Below the pieces are notes generated by a model. That model saw nothing but the letters and a program-made list of their open reading frames with translations, was not told the origin of the DNA and did no database searches. A stretch of DNA of 64,000 nucleotides, taken from an uncultured virus (IMG/VR IMGVR_UViG_3300012277_000001). Lineage: Duplodnaviria > Heunggongvirae > Uroviricota > Caudoviricetes. Positions 27,355 through 36,438 of the stretch are shown here, piece by piece; position 1 is the stretch's first letter, and each line of letters starts with the position of its first letter. The DNA lies in the IMG/VR virus record IMGVR_UViG_3300012277_000001, positions 124,001 through 188,000 of that record. One strand, given 5' to 3'. The position numbers and the translations under genes were made by a program.

Positions 27355-27900
27355 TCAGTCACCGTTCTGTTTCGGTTTGGGTAACGGAGGTGCAATGCAA
27401 TTTGTCTGGCGCGCCTGTTGTTCCACCATGATTGCGTTAGCCCGGTAGAAATCGGTTTTGAATTTCTGCACCTCAGACGATGGCAACCATTTCTGTTTCT
27501 TGTAATCGTAGCCGATGGCTTCGTAAAAATCGAAAACCCCGTTGACTGTGATCAGCGGAATTGCATGAAGGCCCAAAGGCAGAAAATCGGGACCGAGGTC
27601 GCGCCATTCACCATTGGGATTTTGTTTCTCTACAGCCTCTCGCGTAAACTTGTAACGGAAGGCAATGTCCTCTTCGTCAGCGATGGAATAATAGATCGCT
27701 GGATTCTTCTCGGTTTCCTTTGTCGCATGGTCTTGGGGAAATGCTCGCGTGAGTTCACGCTTACGGAAATAGTGCATGCTGATGCCCTGCCGATAGAAAC
27801 CCGGCTCGTTAAATTTGGGCATCACGATTTTGAATGCACGGAATTCGTGTGCACCGCAACGTTCGATTGCGTAACGTATGTAAGGCATGAAAATCTCCAC
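27355..27900 (-). CDS. Hypothetical protein
   Basis: 181-aa ORF. Confidence 0.6.
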   Translation of the reverse strand: MEIFMPYIRYAIERCGAHEFRAFKIVMPKFNEPGFYRQGISMHYFRKRELTRAFPQDHATKETEKNPAIYYSIADEEDIAFRYKFTREAVEKQNPNGEWRDLGPDFLPLGLHAIPLITVNGVFDFYEAIGYDYKKQKWLPSSEVQKFKTDFYRANAIMVEQQARQTNCIAPPLPKPKQNGD

Positions 27901-27930
27901 GATCTAGTCGGATTGAGTTTTGCAGCACGA

Positions 27931-27956
27931 AAAAGGAAAAGGGGCCGTGAGGCCCC
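27931..27956 (-). terminator. Intrinsic terminator after recA
   Basis: GGGGCC-gtga-GGCCCC with a U-rich tail on the minus strand. Confidence 0.7.
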
Positions 27957-27989
27957 GATTCCGGTTTACGTCAGAGTGGTGCTATGCAA

Positions 27990-29516
27990 TCACTCTTCGT
28001 CATCCCCATCACCAGCGGCGGCAGCTTTCGCAGCTTTCTTGGTGTGGGTATTTTTGATCTGATCCAGATACAGGTCGTAACCTTTACCGTTGGCGATTTG
28101 ACGACGGCACCACTCGTAGATACGAATTGGCTTGATCTTCATTTTCTCGCAACCGGACTTGATCAGGTTCTTGTCACCATCGACCATCTTCTTCAGGTCC
28201 ATCCACGACAGGGTGTGCCCTGCGAACGGAGTACCTTCACCGAATTTGATCTTGTTGCGCTGGCCGGAAATCTGGCCGGTTTCTTTCAGATACATCCAGC
28301 AATCCCACACGCGGTCAAAGCCGAGGCCTTCACCGTTTTCGTTCGCGACATAAAGACGCAAAGTCATGTTGGATTTCTGCGGGCCGCCCAGTTTGTTTTT
28401 GAACGCGTGACATTTGATGTAGCGGTAGGTGTCAACACCCTGTCCGCTAATCGACGGTTCCTCTTCCATCATCCCTTTGCCGTGGGGAATGGAGATTGGC
28501 GACATGCGGAAACGGCAGTCGGCAAAGAAGCGCAGTGCAGTACCGCACGGCTCTTTCTTGTCGGGGCCGTACATGGCCATTGGAACTTCACGCAGCTGGT
28601 TGATACCGAGCACCAACACACGCTTTTCTTTCATCTTGCCTTTTACACGTTTGATCCCGTCAGAGAACATACGTGCTTGCGATGCCAGACCATCCGAGCC
28701 GTCTTCTTTTTCGTCGGCGCGGCGGGAAAGCATTGCAGGGTAAGAGTCAACAAGGAACACAGCTTGCGGCAAACCGTGAGGCGCCGGAACTTTGAACTTG
28801 TTGTATTTCTTGAGATACTTGGCGTCGTACAGGCCCTTGGTCAGCTTTTGGTTGACCTTGGTATTTTCATACAGGTAGTAGAACTCGCCGTCGATCTTGT
28901 GAACCGATGGTAGCGACTTCAAAATCTTCGCCAAAGCGTCGAAGAAATCCTCACCTACAGAAGGGGCGTAGTAGCGGATGCGAGGGCGAACAATGTAGTT
29001 GCCTTCTTTGTCCTGTACACCGAAAACCTCTTCAGCCTGCGATGCCTTGCCATTGCCATTGTATTTCCACATGGCGTTGGCGTATTCGGCGCTGAACGAA
29101 CCTTCGTAGTCGAAGAAAAACGCTTTGCCTCGGAAATCGGCTTGGCGAATGATCGAACCCATAACGGTTGTTGCGAGCGTGGTTTTACACGATTGCTCTT
29201 CGCCGTAGAAGGTGTACCAACCACCAGCCAACAGGCCGCCAGCCATTTGCAGGTTGACGCACAGACTGCCGGTATCGAGGCGGTCTTCTTTTTCACTGAC
29301 AGCCATGGAGGTCAAGCCGACCTTCTTTTCCATGTTGTCGATTTCGTCTTCAAATGAAGCGTAAGGGTCGAAGACTTTTTTCGCGGGTTCGGCAACAGCC
29401 TTGGAAACCGCTTTTGCAACTTTGCTCTTAGAGCCTTTGGTTTCGGGCACCTTGCTGGTGCTACCTTTTTTAACCTTCAGGTCGAGCTTGTCAGTTTTGG
29501 ATACTGCCTTGGGCAT
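27990..29516 (-). CDS. recA: RecA/UvsX-like recombinase
   Basis: DTGS, GEEQSCKTT, DYEGS, VDSY, INQLR, GTALRFFADCR, KNK. Confidence 0.9.
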   Translation of the reverse strand: MPKAVSKTDKLDLKVKKGSTSKVPETKGSKSKVAKAVSKAVAEPAKKVFDPYASFEDEIDNMEKKVGLTSMAVSEKEDRLDTGSLCVNLQMAGGLLAGGWYTFYGEEQSCKTTLATTVMGSIIRQADFRGKAFFFDYEGSFSAEYANAMWKYNGNGKASQAEEVFGVQDKEGNYIVRPRIRYYAPSVGEDFFDALAKILKSLPSVHKIDGEFYYLYENTKVNQKLTKGLYDAKYLKKYNKFKVPAPHGLPQAVFLVDSYPAMLSRRADEKEDGSDGLASQARMFSDGIKRVKGKMKEKRVLVLGINQLREVPMAMYGPDKKEPCGTALRFFADCRFRMSPISIPHGKGMMEEEPSISGQGVDTYRYIKCHAFKNKLGGPQKSNMTLRLYVANENGEGLGFDRVWDCWMYLKETGQISGQRNKIKFGEGTPFAGHTLSWMDLKKMVDGDKNLIKSGCEKMKIKPIRIYEWCRRQIANGKGYDLYLDQIKNTHTKKAAKAAAAGDGDDEE

Positions 29517-29543
29517 TAATTCTCCGGTAGTGGATCAAGAAAT

Positions 29544-29565
29544 GGGGCCTAGTGCGTTAGGCCCC
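29544..29565 (-). terminator. Hairpin/terminator after SSB
   Basis: GGGGCCTAG-tgcg-TTAGGCCCC. Confidence 0.5.
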
Positions 29566-29580
29566 GCCAGCACGGATCAA

Positions 29581-30786
29581 TCAGTCATCCCACGACGACT
29601 TCTTTTTCTTCTTGGTGCTGGTTTTTTCTTTCTTCTTGGCGCCGCCCTTCACTTCTTTTTCGGAAGATTTCTTTTTCTTCTTCGGCTTTTCGTCTTCGTC
29701 GTCATCGTCAGACTTGGACTTCTTCTTCACCTTGGAAGGCTTGTCTTCTTTGTCCGAAGATTTCTTTTTCTTCTTCGGCTTTTCGTCTTCATCGTCGTCA
29801 GAAGACTTCTTCTTTTTCTTCTTCGGCTTTTCGTCTTCATCTTCGTCATCGTCGATGGACTTGGCCTTTTTCTTTTTCTTCTTCGGCTTTTCGTCTTCGT
29901 CGTCATCGTCGTCGAGCGAAGTGGATTTGGCCTTTTTCTTCTTCGGCTTTTCGTCTTCGTCGTCATCGTCGTCGTCATCGAGGTCTTCACCACCGATGAT
30001 TTCCATACGCTTAACGTCTTCTTTCGCTTGTGCCGGGGTCATACGACCGGAAGCGTCCAGCAGTTCTTCGGTCAGGTTCCAGACCAGATAGCCTTGCTCT
30101 TCGTCGGTCAGCTTGGTTGGGCCATCGGCTTTGTCGATGGTGTATTTGTCGGTGCCCGCTGCATCCGGTTTGAATTTCAGTTTCACATCGAAACCGTATT
30201 TCGCATCGGATACGTCATACTGCGCGGTCTTGCCGGTTTTCTTGTCCTTGACTTTGTTCTCTTCCGACAGTTCTTGCAGACGGTTGATCGAAGTCATGGT
30301 CAGACGTGCAACACGAACCGGGGTCCACGTCTCGGAATTGATATCCTTGAAACCGGTTTTCTTTTCTTCTTTGGTTGGCTTCGACGCCTTACGGGGCGGG
30401 CCTTCTTCCTGCATGTCGCGGTCGATCACGTTGAACAGCCAGAAGTCGCTGGCACGCACCGGCTTTTCTTTCTGGCCTTTGAATTTATCGGCCAGCGCCA
30501 TGTACGGGCACTTGACGCCTTTCTTCGGGGTGTCCGGATCGTTCGGGTCGAAGTCGATGGCGTAACGCGGAATGTTCACTTCGCGTTTTTCTTTACCTTT
30601 CGCACCGGCCCACAGCTTGATCCACACTTGGCGGACTTGGAGCGGCATGATCGGCAGGATACGGAACGGGAAGTATTTGTTTTTCGGCCACTGGATCATA
30701 TCGACCAGTTCGTCCAGCTTGGCGGAATCGTTGCCACGGCTGTTAGTCTTGATGCTGCCCATGCCTTTGAAAACGGCGGTTGCCAT
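29581..30786 (-). CDS. Putative gp32-like single-stranded DNA-binding protein with long charged tail
   Basis: FRILP, CPY, NVIDR, GFDVKL pattern; adjacent to recA; tail of DDDEDEKPKKKK repeats. Confidence 0.6.
   Translation of the reverse strand: MATAVFKGMGSIKTNSRGNDSAKLDELVDMIQWPKNKYFPFRILPIMPLQVRQVWIKLWAGAKGKEKREVNIPRYAIDFDPNDPDTPKKGVKCPYMALADKFKGQKEKPVRASDFWLFNVIDRDMQEEGPPRKASKPTKEEKKTGFKDINSETWTPVRVARLTMTSINRLQELSEENKVKDKKTGKTAQYDVSDAKYGFDVKLKFKPDAAGTDKYTIDKADGPTKLTDEEQGYLVWNLTEELLDASGRMTPAQAKEDVKRMEIIGGEDLDDDDDDDEDEKPKKKKAKSTSLDDDDDEDEKPKKKKKKAKSIDDDEDEDEKPKKKKKKSSDDDEDEKPKKKKKSSDKEDKPSKVKKKSKSDDDDEDEKPKKKKKSSEKEVKGGAKKKEKTSTKKKKKSSWDD
29670..29990. repeat. Coding tandem repeat (about 5 units) in the SSB tail
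   Basis: CTTCTTCGGCTTTTCGTCTTC recurs five times. Confidence 0.85.
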
Positions 30787-30841
30787 GTGTGTTCCTCTCG
30801 ATGAATTCGTACGACTAGAAGACTCAATCTCCTAGTCATCA

Positions 30842-30849
30842 TTTACAGT
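30842..30849 (-). promoter_or_regulatory. ACTGTAAA candidate promoter element upstream of SSB
   Basis: Recurrent motif about 55 nt upstream of the start. Confidence 0.6.
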
Positions 30850-30882
30850 TTTTGCCGGTGAGTCTGCCGAGGGTAGGAAGTG

Positions 30883-31056
30883 TCACCAGTCCAGTTTTTC
30901 TGCCCGCTCTAGCACCTGCTTCAGCGCTTTGTCGTAGGCTTCTGCTGCGATCTTTTTTGCAAGTTCGTCGGTCGTCAAAAAGAAGACGACGTTGCCTTTT
31001 CCATCACGCGGGTTTTTGAAGTCCACCACTGCCACGCAATCTTTTCTTTCGGCCAT
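30883..31056 (-). CDS. Small hypothetical protein
   Basis: ATG 31056 with AGGT upstream. Confidence 0.5.
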   Translation of the reverse strand: MAERKDCVAVVDFKNPRDGKGNVVFFLTTDELAKKIAAEAYDKALKQVLERAEKLDW

Positions 31057-31071
31057 GATCACACCTGAAGA

Positions 31072-31079
31072 TTTACAGT
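31072..31079 (-). promoter_or_regulatory. ACTGTAAA candidate promoter element
   Basis: Recurrent motif at a gene boundary (overlaps the sigma stop codon). Confidence 0.45.
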
Positions 31080-32086
31080 TTTTCTTCCGCCATTTGTTTA
31101 CGCATGATTGCCTGTTCTTGTGGCGTGAAAAACTCGCCAATGTCGAGGCTCAACCGAGCGATGCCGAGCGGGTCCACTTTTTTCGCCAGACGCTGTACAA
31201 GCGTGCGGCTTTGTTCGATTTCAATATCTTTTTCCAGAGCGTTACCCGGCGTCAGTACCGAGTGCAGCGCCATGCCGCCCGACTCTTCGTCGTCATCACC
31301 ATAAAGCGTGTCGAGGCTCACACTGAAGTTGACGTGGTGGCTGGTCCCTTCGAACAGCTTTTTCTTCTGCGCTTGGGGCACGGTGTAGGCCACGCCGTAT
31401 TCGTGTTCCTTGGAGGCTTTCATCGCGTTCTTCGTCCAGAATTGGACGTAAGAAGTGAGCGCACCTTTACGGCTGTCGTACTTATCTAGGGCAGTAATCA
31501 CCGCCTTGATAATTGACTGCACAAGGTCTTTGTAACTCGACCGGCCCTGCACCTGCACCACGTGGCCCTTCGCCCATTTGTTGGCGCTCTTCACATAGTG
31601 ACCGACAACCGTGTTTCGGTACGAATAAAAACGTTTGAGATATGCGTTACAGATTTGCAGCGCGTTGTAGAGTGCCGACCGCTCGCACATCCCGACCTGC
31701 ACCGCGTATTTGTCCAGTGCCACCTGTTTTTCCTTGGTAGGATCAATCAGGAATTCTTTGTACTGCTTCACGTAGCGCATGTTCTGCTCAGTGAAGGTCG
31801 TTAGGAATTTGTGGACAAAGAAGCGTTCTACACGGGCTGCACGGATGAAATCGAATTTCTGCTTACGGTCGGGCACGCTCAGGTATGCGGCCAGCTTTTC
31901 GACGGCCTCGCCACGATCCAGCGAACTAAGTTTCCGTTTCCGGTTGGTAGCAACCAGCAGCAGCAAATATTCGACCTGCGCATCGAAAACGTTGGTGTAC
32001 AAAACCAGCGGCTCTAGCGCCTTGTACAGGAGCATGTCCATAATCTGCTGAATTTGTTCACCGGTCATGTTTTTATCAGCAGACAT
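31073..32086 (-). CDS. Sigma70-family RNA polymerase sigma factor (phage-encoded)
   Basis: DLVQ....VITALDKYDSRKG.LTSYVQFW.KNAM (region 2.2-2.4) and VSLD (region 3.2). Confidence 0.8.
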   Translation of the reverse strand: MSADKNMTGEQIQQIMDMLLYKALEPLVLYTNVFDAQVEYLLLLVATNRKRKLSSLDRGEAVEKLAAYLSVPDRKQKFDFIRAARVERFFVHKFLTTFTEQNMRYVKQYKEFLIDPTKEKQVALDKYAVQVGMCERSALYNALQICNAYLKRFYSYRNTVVGHYVKSANKWAKGHVVQVQGRSSYKDLVQSIIKAVITALDKYDSRKGALTSYVQFWTKNAMKASKEHEYGVAYTVPQAQKKKLFEGTSHHVNFSVSLDTLYGDDDEESGGMALHSVLTPGNALEKDIEIEQSRTLVQRLAKKVDPLGIARLSLDIGEFFTPQEQAIMRKQMAEEKL

Positions 32087-32098
32087 TTATGCCTCCTA

Positions 32099-32353
32099 TC
32101 AAGCGTTACTGTTTACGAATTCCAGCAGTTCATGCAACGTCGGGGCCGCCACTGCGTGCGAACCAATCGGCGTACTCGGATACCAATGAAGCGTCCAGAT
32201 TTCGTTGGCTTCGAGTGCACGCTGTTTTGCGTCGTCGGATATCCAGTCGAACCAGTCGTTTTCCTCGATGTATTCGGCGAGCGGCTGGTGATAATCCTTG
32301 TGTGCGTTGTGTTGCAACGTCAGGCTGCACTCATGCTTAGGAAACTGAATCAT
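32099..32353 (-). CDS. Hypothetical protein
   Basis: Start reassigned to ATG 32353 just after the upstream stop. Confidence 0.6.
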   Translation of the reverse strand: MIQFPKHECSLTLQHNAHKDYHQPLAEYIEENDWFDWISDDAKQRALEANEIWTLHWYPSTPIGSHAVAAPTLHELLEFVNSNA

Positions 32354-32357
32354 TTTC

Positions 32358-32897
32358 TCAGTCTTCTCCGGCCTCGGTTGGAATCCAGTCAGTGGCCAGC
32401 AGATCAGCAATCGACGGAATCCAGCCCGGCTGGTGCTGGCCTTGTGCGTTGAACAGGACGAAGCACGGCAGATAATCACCGTCAATTGCTTCGAAATAAA
32501 CGTATTGGCCTGCACCGTTCCAGCCGAGGCGTGTCATGCTGTGTCCGATCTTCAATTCGGCCAGCGCTTTGCTGAAATCTACCGGCTTCGGATTTTCCAC
32601 CAGTGCAGCAGAACAGAAAGCCATGAACATTCCGTCAGCACGGGCCAACACGCTCACCGGGCGAACAAACAAACCCTTTACGCGATCTTTTTTGCGTGCC
32701 AACCGCTTGACCTTGCGAACTACAGCAGCAATCGCTTTCTTTTCGGTATCAGCGGATTCGATGTATTCTTGTTCGAACAACGGGCGACCTTCCCAGCGTG
32801 GAACTTGACCGGGTAGCACAACCTCGATGCGAATGTCGTTTGGAAAAAGCGCCAACGTTTCAGCTGGGGTCAAACCCCGACTTGCTCCGATATCCAT
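32358..32897 (-). CDS. DUF2829 (Tad2-like) domain protein
   Basis: C-terminal FSKAL..LK.G..MTR.GWNG ... GWIPSIADLLATDW. Confidence 0.8.
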   Translation of the reverse strand: MDIGASRGLTPAETLALFPNDIRIEVVLPGQVPRWEGRPLFEQEYIESADTEKKAIAAVVRKVKRLARKKDRVKGLFVRPVSVLARADGMFMAFCSAALVENPKPVDFSKALAELKIGHSMTRLGWNGAGQYVYFEAIDGDYLPCFVLFNAQGQHQPGWIPSIADLLATDWIPTEAGED

Positions 32898-32906
32898 TGT
32901 AATTCC

Positions 32907-33065
32907 TCAACCTGTGATTTGGTGCAGCCATGGCTTGGCAAGATCCCATAATTTCGGGACACCCCAAAACAGCAAACCGCCGACGATGATGCCCCCGACA
33001 ACGCAGAGGCCGAAAAAGAAAGTCATGGCTTTGGCAATGCCGTCACCGATACCCATGTCAGTCAT
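32907..33065 (-). CDS. Small membrane protein
   Basis: Single hydrophobic helix FFFGLCVVGGIIVGGLLFWGV. Confidence 0.55.
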   Translation of the reverse strand: MTDMGIGDGIAKAMTFFFGLCVVGGIIVGGLLFWGVPKLWDLAKPWLHQITG

Positions 33066-33273
33066 CCCATGAAATAATTGGTTTGTCAGTCGCGATAAGT
33101 GTTCGGGATCGCGTCTTGAGTTCATCCATTTTTTGCAGCTTTTGTTCGGTGGTATAGGTATTCCAATCTCGAACTTCAGCGATAGTGCGGTTGCACCCCT
33201 TGCACAGGTCATCCCCTACGTTATGGGAACAGCGACCGATGCAAGGTGTGGTGCGTGGCCGGGTAACGCTCAC
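33058..33273 (-). CDS. DUF1289-family Cys-rich protein
   Basis: TPCIGRC....DLCKGCNRT..EV..W...EQK. Confidence 0.8.
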   Translation of the reverse strand: MSVTRPRTTPCIGRCSHNVGDDLCKGCNRTIAEVRDWNTYTTEQKLQKMDELKTRSRTLIATDKPIISWDD

Positions 33274-33737
33274 GGCGCTAAGGCAAACTCGCCCATGTCA
33301 TCAAAGGAAAATTCGAATTTGCGCAAGCCCTTAACCTGCTCGAAAACAGGATCGACCTCATTGCAATCTTCGAATGTCTGCCACATGCGCTTCATGCTCA
33401 CTTTTTCAAAGCGTATATGCCGGTGAGGTTCGTTGTGGATATCGGTGAGTTCGAAAATCATCGTCATGGACGTGTGTCTTTGCATGGCACGCATGAAATT
33501 CAGATATTTCTGGTCGCCTTGGACGTCCAAGAAATCTAGGAAAAGCCGATTGCCGTTTACGCCCACCTCGAAGTGCATGCGCTGAAGACACAGACGCAGG
33601 ATTTTTGGAACGTCCTGCGAAACGACAGACCCAACTTGAGAGTCGTCAAACGTGACTGAAATCAGCCCGTACAAATCCGTTTGTACCCCGCCCGGCAACA
33701 GCGACAAAGCTTCGGACAGCCGAATACCGCCGCTCAT
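33270..33737 (-). CDS. Hypothetical protein
   Basis: Coupled ORF. Confidence 0.6.
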   Translation of the reverse strand: MSGGIRLSEALSLLPGGVQTDLYGLISVTFDDSQVGSVVSQDVPKILRLCLQRMHFEVGVNGNRLFLDFLDVQGDQKYLNFMRAMQRHTSMTMIFELTDIHNEPHRHIRFEKVSMKRMWQTFEDCNEVDPVFEQVKGLRKFEFSFDDMGEFALAP

Positions 33738-34228
33738 TATTCGACAGCCTTTTCTTGCTGCACGGCGTTGAACACACGGGTGGCCACTGCGCCTTCAGTA
33801 CGACCGGCGTAATTGTCCTTCAGGAACTTGTGGAACAGACCGATTTTCTCGAAGCTGTTTTCGGCCAGAATTGCGCGGTAGTCTTCTTCGGTCAGAAGGT
33901 CCGGGTTGTCAACCTGTTCTTTTTCGGCTTTGGCTGGGATGTATTTTTGCAGCAGGCGGCTTTGGTTTTCGAGACGCTGGATTTCGGAGGCGTGTTCTTT
34001 TTCACCGCCCTGCGATTTTTGCAGCAGGCCGATGGTTTCGGTGTTGCCCGCGAGAATGCCCTTGATGATCAGCACCAGCGCATCGTCACCGACTTTCGGC
34101 TTTTTCGACTTGGTGCCCAGTTCGTAGTCACCGAGGATGCGGGTCAGAATCGGGTAGGTTTCTTTCGGGCTTTGCAGACGCGCAGTGTCGCGGTCAGTGG
34201 TCAGCTGTTGCAGAATGGTAGTGCTCAT
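33737..34228 (-). CDS. GatB/YqeY-like protein
   Basis: All-helical; LL.KYIP...LTEE, IG...K.LK..YAGR.EG. Confidence 0.65.
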   Translation of the reverse strand: MSTTILQQLTTDRDTARLQSPKETYPILTRILGDYELGTKSKKPKVGDDALVLIIKGILAGNTETIGLLQKSQGGEKEHASEIQRLENQSRLLQKYIPAKAEKEQVDNPDLLTEEDYRAILAENSFEKIGLFHKFLKDNYAGRTEGAVATRVFNAVQQEKAVE

Positions 34229-34243
34229 TTTTATTTCTCCTTT

Positions 34244-34798
34244 TCAGAGTTTCACATAGCCGACAACGGCCTGCGGTTTGCTACCCTGCTTGATGCAGAC
34301 GAAAACATTCTGCGACAGGTCAGGGTGCGTATAAATTTCGAGGCCCAACAACATGCCGACGTAACCAACTTCGCGACCCGATTTGCTTTGGTGGATATCT
34401 GCCCACGGGGCCAACAGACTTTCGCCATGTTCCTCGAAATATTCTTCGCTGTTGGTGTAGCGGATGTAGTCGGCAACGTCGGTGCCTACAACGTACAGAT
34501 CACCTTGCGATTTGTTGCGCAGTTCGTTCGCCAGTTCAATGGACAGCGGTTGCGTGTCGAGGGTTGGCCACGACCGAAAGCCTTGCGGGCCGAAAACTTC
34601 GCGAATGATGCGCGGAATTTCTGCGGCCAGTCTACCAACGGTTGGCGCCGGTGCGATCGTCGGGTTTGCAGCCGCGTAAGCAGCAGCTTTATCGAACAGG
34701 CTTTCGGTCATGGCTTCGTCGGGCATGTCCGGGCTAAGCTCACGGATGCGGGCCATTTGTTCGTCGGTCAGTGGACCGTCGTCTGGTTCATAGCTCAT
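34244..34798 (-). CDS. Hypothetical protein
   Basis: Start reassigned to ATG 34798 with AGGA upstream. Confidence 0.6.
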   Translation of the reverse strand: MSYEPDDGPLTDEQMARIRELSPDMPDEAMTESLFDKAAAYAAANPTIAPAPTVGRLAAEIPRIIREVFGPQGFRSWPTLDTQPLSIELANELRNKSQGDLYVVGTDVADYIRYTNSEEYFEEHGESLLAPWADIHQSKSGREVGYVGMLLGLEIYTHPDLSQNVFVCIKQGSKPQAVVGYVKL

Positions 34799-34811
34799 TT
34801 TTGGTTTCCTG

Positions 34812-35474
34812 TTACAGGTTGTCTTCAATGACCAGTTTTGCCAGCGCGATCAAGTGTTTGCACAGACCGACCGCCATACCGGGATTCATCCATACAGGCG
34901 GTTCGCCGTTCGAATAAATCAGGTAAGCGGCGCCACAGCGGGCGTTCGCATATTCCCACGTGTACACATAATTTTCGCATGTACATTGGGCGAGCACACG
35001 CTTATGTTTATACAGCGGTTTGTTTTCGCCGTTCTTATCAAGGCCCACGATGTAGGTTTCGTGGTAACGGCGAAGTTTATCGGGGCGGAAAGGATCGTTG
35101 GTCCACATCACACCTTTAACGGCTGGTCGGCCCGCTTTGGTGAACATGCGTTTGTAGCGATGCGCCTCAACATCCACGGCATTGTTGATGAAAAGTCGCG
35201 GAGTATTTCGGATCAATTCTTTCAGCGACTTGCCCTGTCGCGTGAAGAATGTTTCAGGCATGGGACGTGCGCCCAAATTTTCGAACTTGCGCAGCTTGTA
35301 CGGGACGCCCCGGACCTTGACGATACCAGCAGACCGTACAGGGGCAGCGGTTGACTTCCGCTTACGTTCCTTGATCTTTTCTGATTCGCGTTTCGCTTGG
35401 GTTTTCTTCGGCTTGGTGATGATGCGGCTTTTCTTAACTGACTGCACCTTCACTTTTTTCGTCTTGACGGCCAT
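34812..35474 (-). CDS. SWIM zinc-finger protein
   Basis: CTCENY ... CKHL; Lys-rich N-terminus. Confidence 0.7.
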   Translation of the reverse strand: MAVKTKKVKVQSVKKSRIITKPKKTQAKRESEKIKERKRKSTAAPVRSAGIVKVRGVPYKLRKFENLGARPMPETFFTRQGKSLKELIRNTPRLFINNAVDVEAHRYKRMFTKAGRPAVKGVMWTNDPFRPDKLRRYHETYIVGLDKNGENKPLYKHKRVLAQCTCENYVYTWEYANARCGAAYLIYSNGEPPVWMNPGMAVGLCKHLIALAKLVIEDNL

Positions 35475-36149
35475 TTAGATGCCCTCTAGGCGTTTCTTAA
35501 CAACCTCGAATTGGTAAGGGTGGCCCGCTAGCACCAGCAAGCTATTTTTCTTTTTTCGTTTGAGGATTTTATCTAGTTTCATTCCGCTGATATCCAACAC
35601 ACGACTACCCTTCTCGGGAATCTTGTCGCGATGTTCGTTGTAGACCAGAAGATTTACCTTGGCGTCGGCAAAGGCGTAGGATAATTCCGAAAATTTCGGA
35701 GGCTCAAACCTTTCGTGAACACAGCCGCGAACCTCGACGGTCATGCCGAGTTTGTGCGCCTGATAAATCACAGTGTGGGAAACTGCGGGGTCGATCACGA
35801 ATGAAATATAGCCGCCCGGTTTAAGAATGCGTTTCAGGTGGCGCATTTCTTCCATCTGCTTGTTCCGCCATGCGTCAGGGCGTAGCCAGTTGAACGCGTT
35901 CAACACGTTGTGTTCAGGGTACGCGTAAACGTAGGAGAAACATTCGTCCTTGATCTTACGCAGGCTGTGCAGCAAGGTGCCTTGCCACACGGTGCCGTGC
36001 TCGTTGCTGAACCGGCGCTCTTTCACATTTTGATTGTGGGATGTAACGATAAATCCGTTGTGCTCTTCGCACCGCGTGATAAAGGGAACATCCCCTGCCA
36101 GCACGCACCCACAATTAAAATGGCTAATCATCGTGTCGTAGCGACTCAT
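35475..36149 (-). CDS. Degenerate N4/N6 DNA methyltransferase-like protein
   Basis: GTLLHSLRKIKDECFSYVYAYPEHN (DPPY region altered); RILKPGG; no FxGxG motif. Confidence 0.5.
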   Translation of the reverse strand: MSRYDTMISHFNCGCVLAGDVPFITRCEEHNGFIVTSHNQNVKERRFSNEHGTVWQGTLLHSLRKIKDECFSYVYAYPEHNVLNAFNWLRPDAWRNKQMEEMRHLKRILKPGGYISFVIDPAVSHTVIYQAHKLGMTVEVRGCVHERFEPPKFSELSYAFADAKVNLLVYNEHRDKIPEKGSRVLDISGMKLDKILKRKKKNSLLVLAGHPYQFEVVKKRLEGI

Positions 36150-36438
36150 GAAGTTTGCCGCCTCTTTCCCACTGCTGAACACGACGAATGAACTCGCCGT
36201 AGTGCACGTGAATTTCCAAAGGGATTTCGTTAGTAAATCGGACCGGTTCGCTGTTGCGGGTCATGTCGAATGCCATGCGCGAGTTTTCTGCATCTAGCGT
36301 TGCGACAAAGGTCCAGATTTCAAGATCGACCGGCACCACTTGGTAGAGGACCACCGAGTCTTTGAGTTCCGTCAGCTGCTGGCAAAGGCGTGCTGCTTTG
36401 CGGGATACAGCCGAGAAACGCGGGGCTTTTTTCCGCAT
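36124..36438 (-). CDS. Hypothetical protein
   Basis: 104-aa ORF overlapping both neighbours. Confidence 0.4.
   Translation of the reverse strand: MRKKAPRFSAVSRKAARLCQQLTELKDSVVLYQVVPVDLEIWTFVATLDAENSRMAFDMTRNSEPVRFTNEIPLEIHVHYGEFIRRVQQWERGGKLHESLRHDD

Noticed and set aside
29670..29990. Regularly spaced repeats as a CRISPR array
   Set aside because: They are in-frame low-complexity coding repeats without unique spacers; the same applies at 43630-43830 and 54860-55030.
29401..30804. Long plus-strand ORFs here and at 42283, 43252, 50478, 51861 and similar positions
   Set aside because: They lie antisense to well-supported genes and encode Phe/Leu/Val-rich shadow sequence without motifs.
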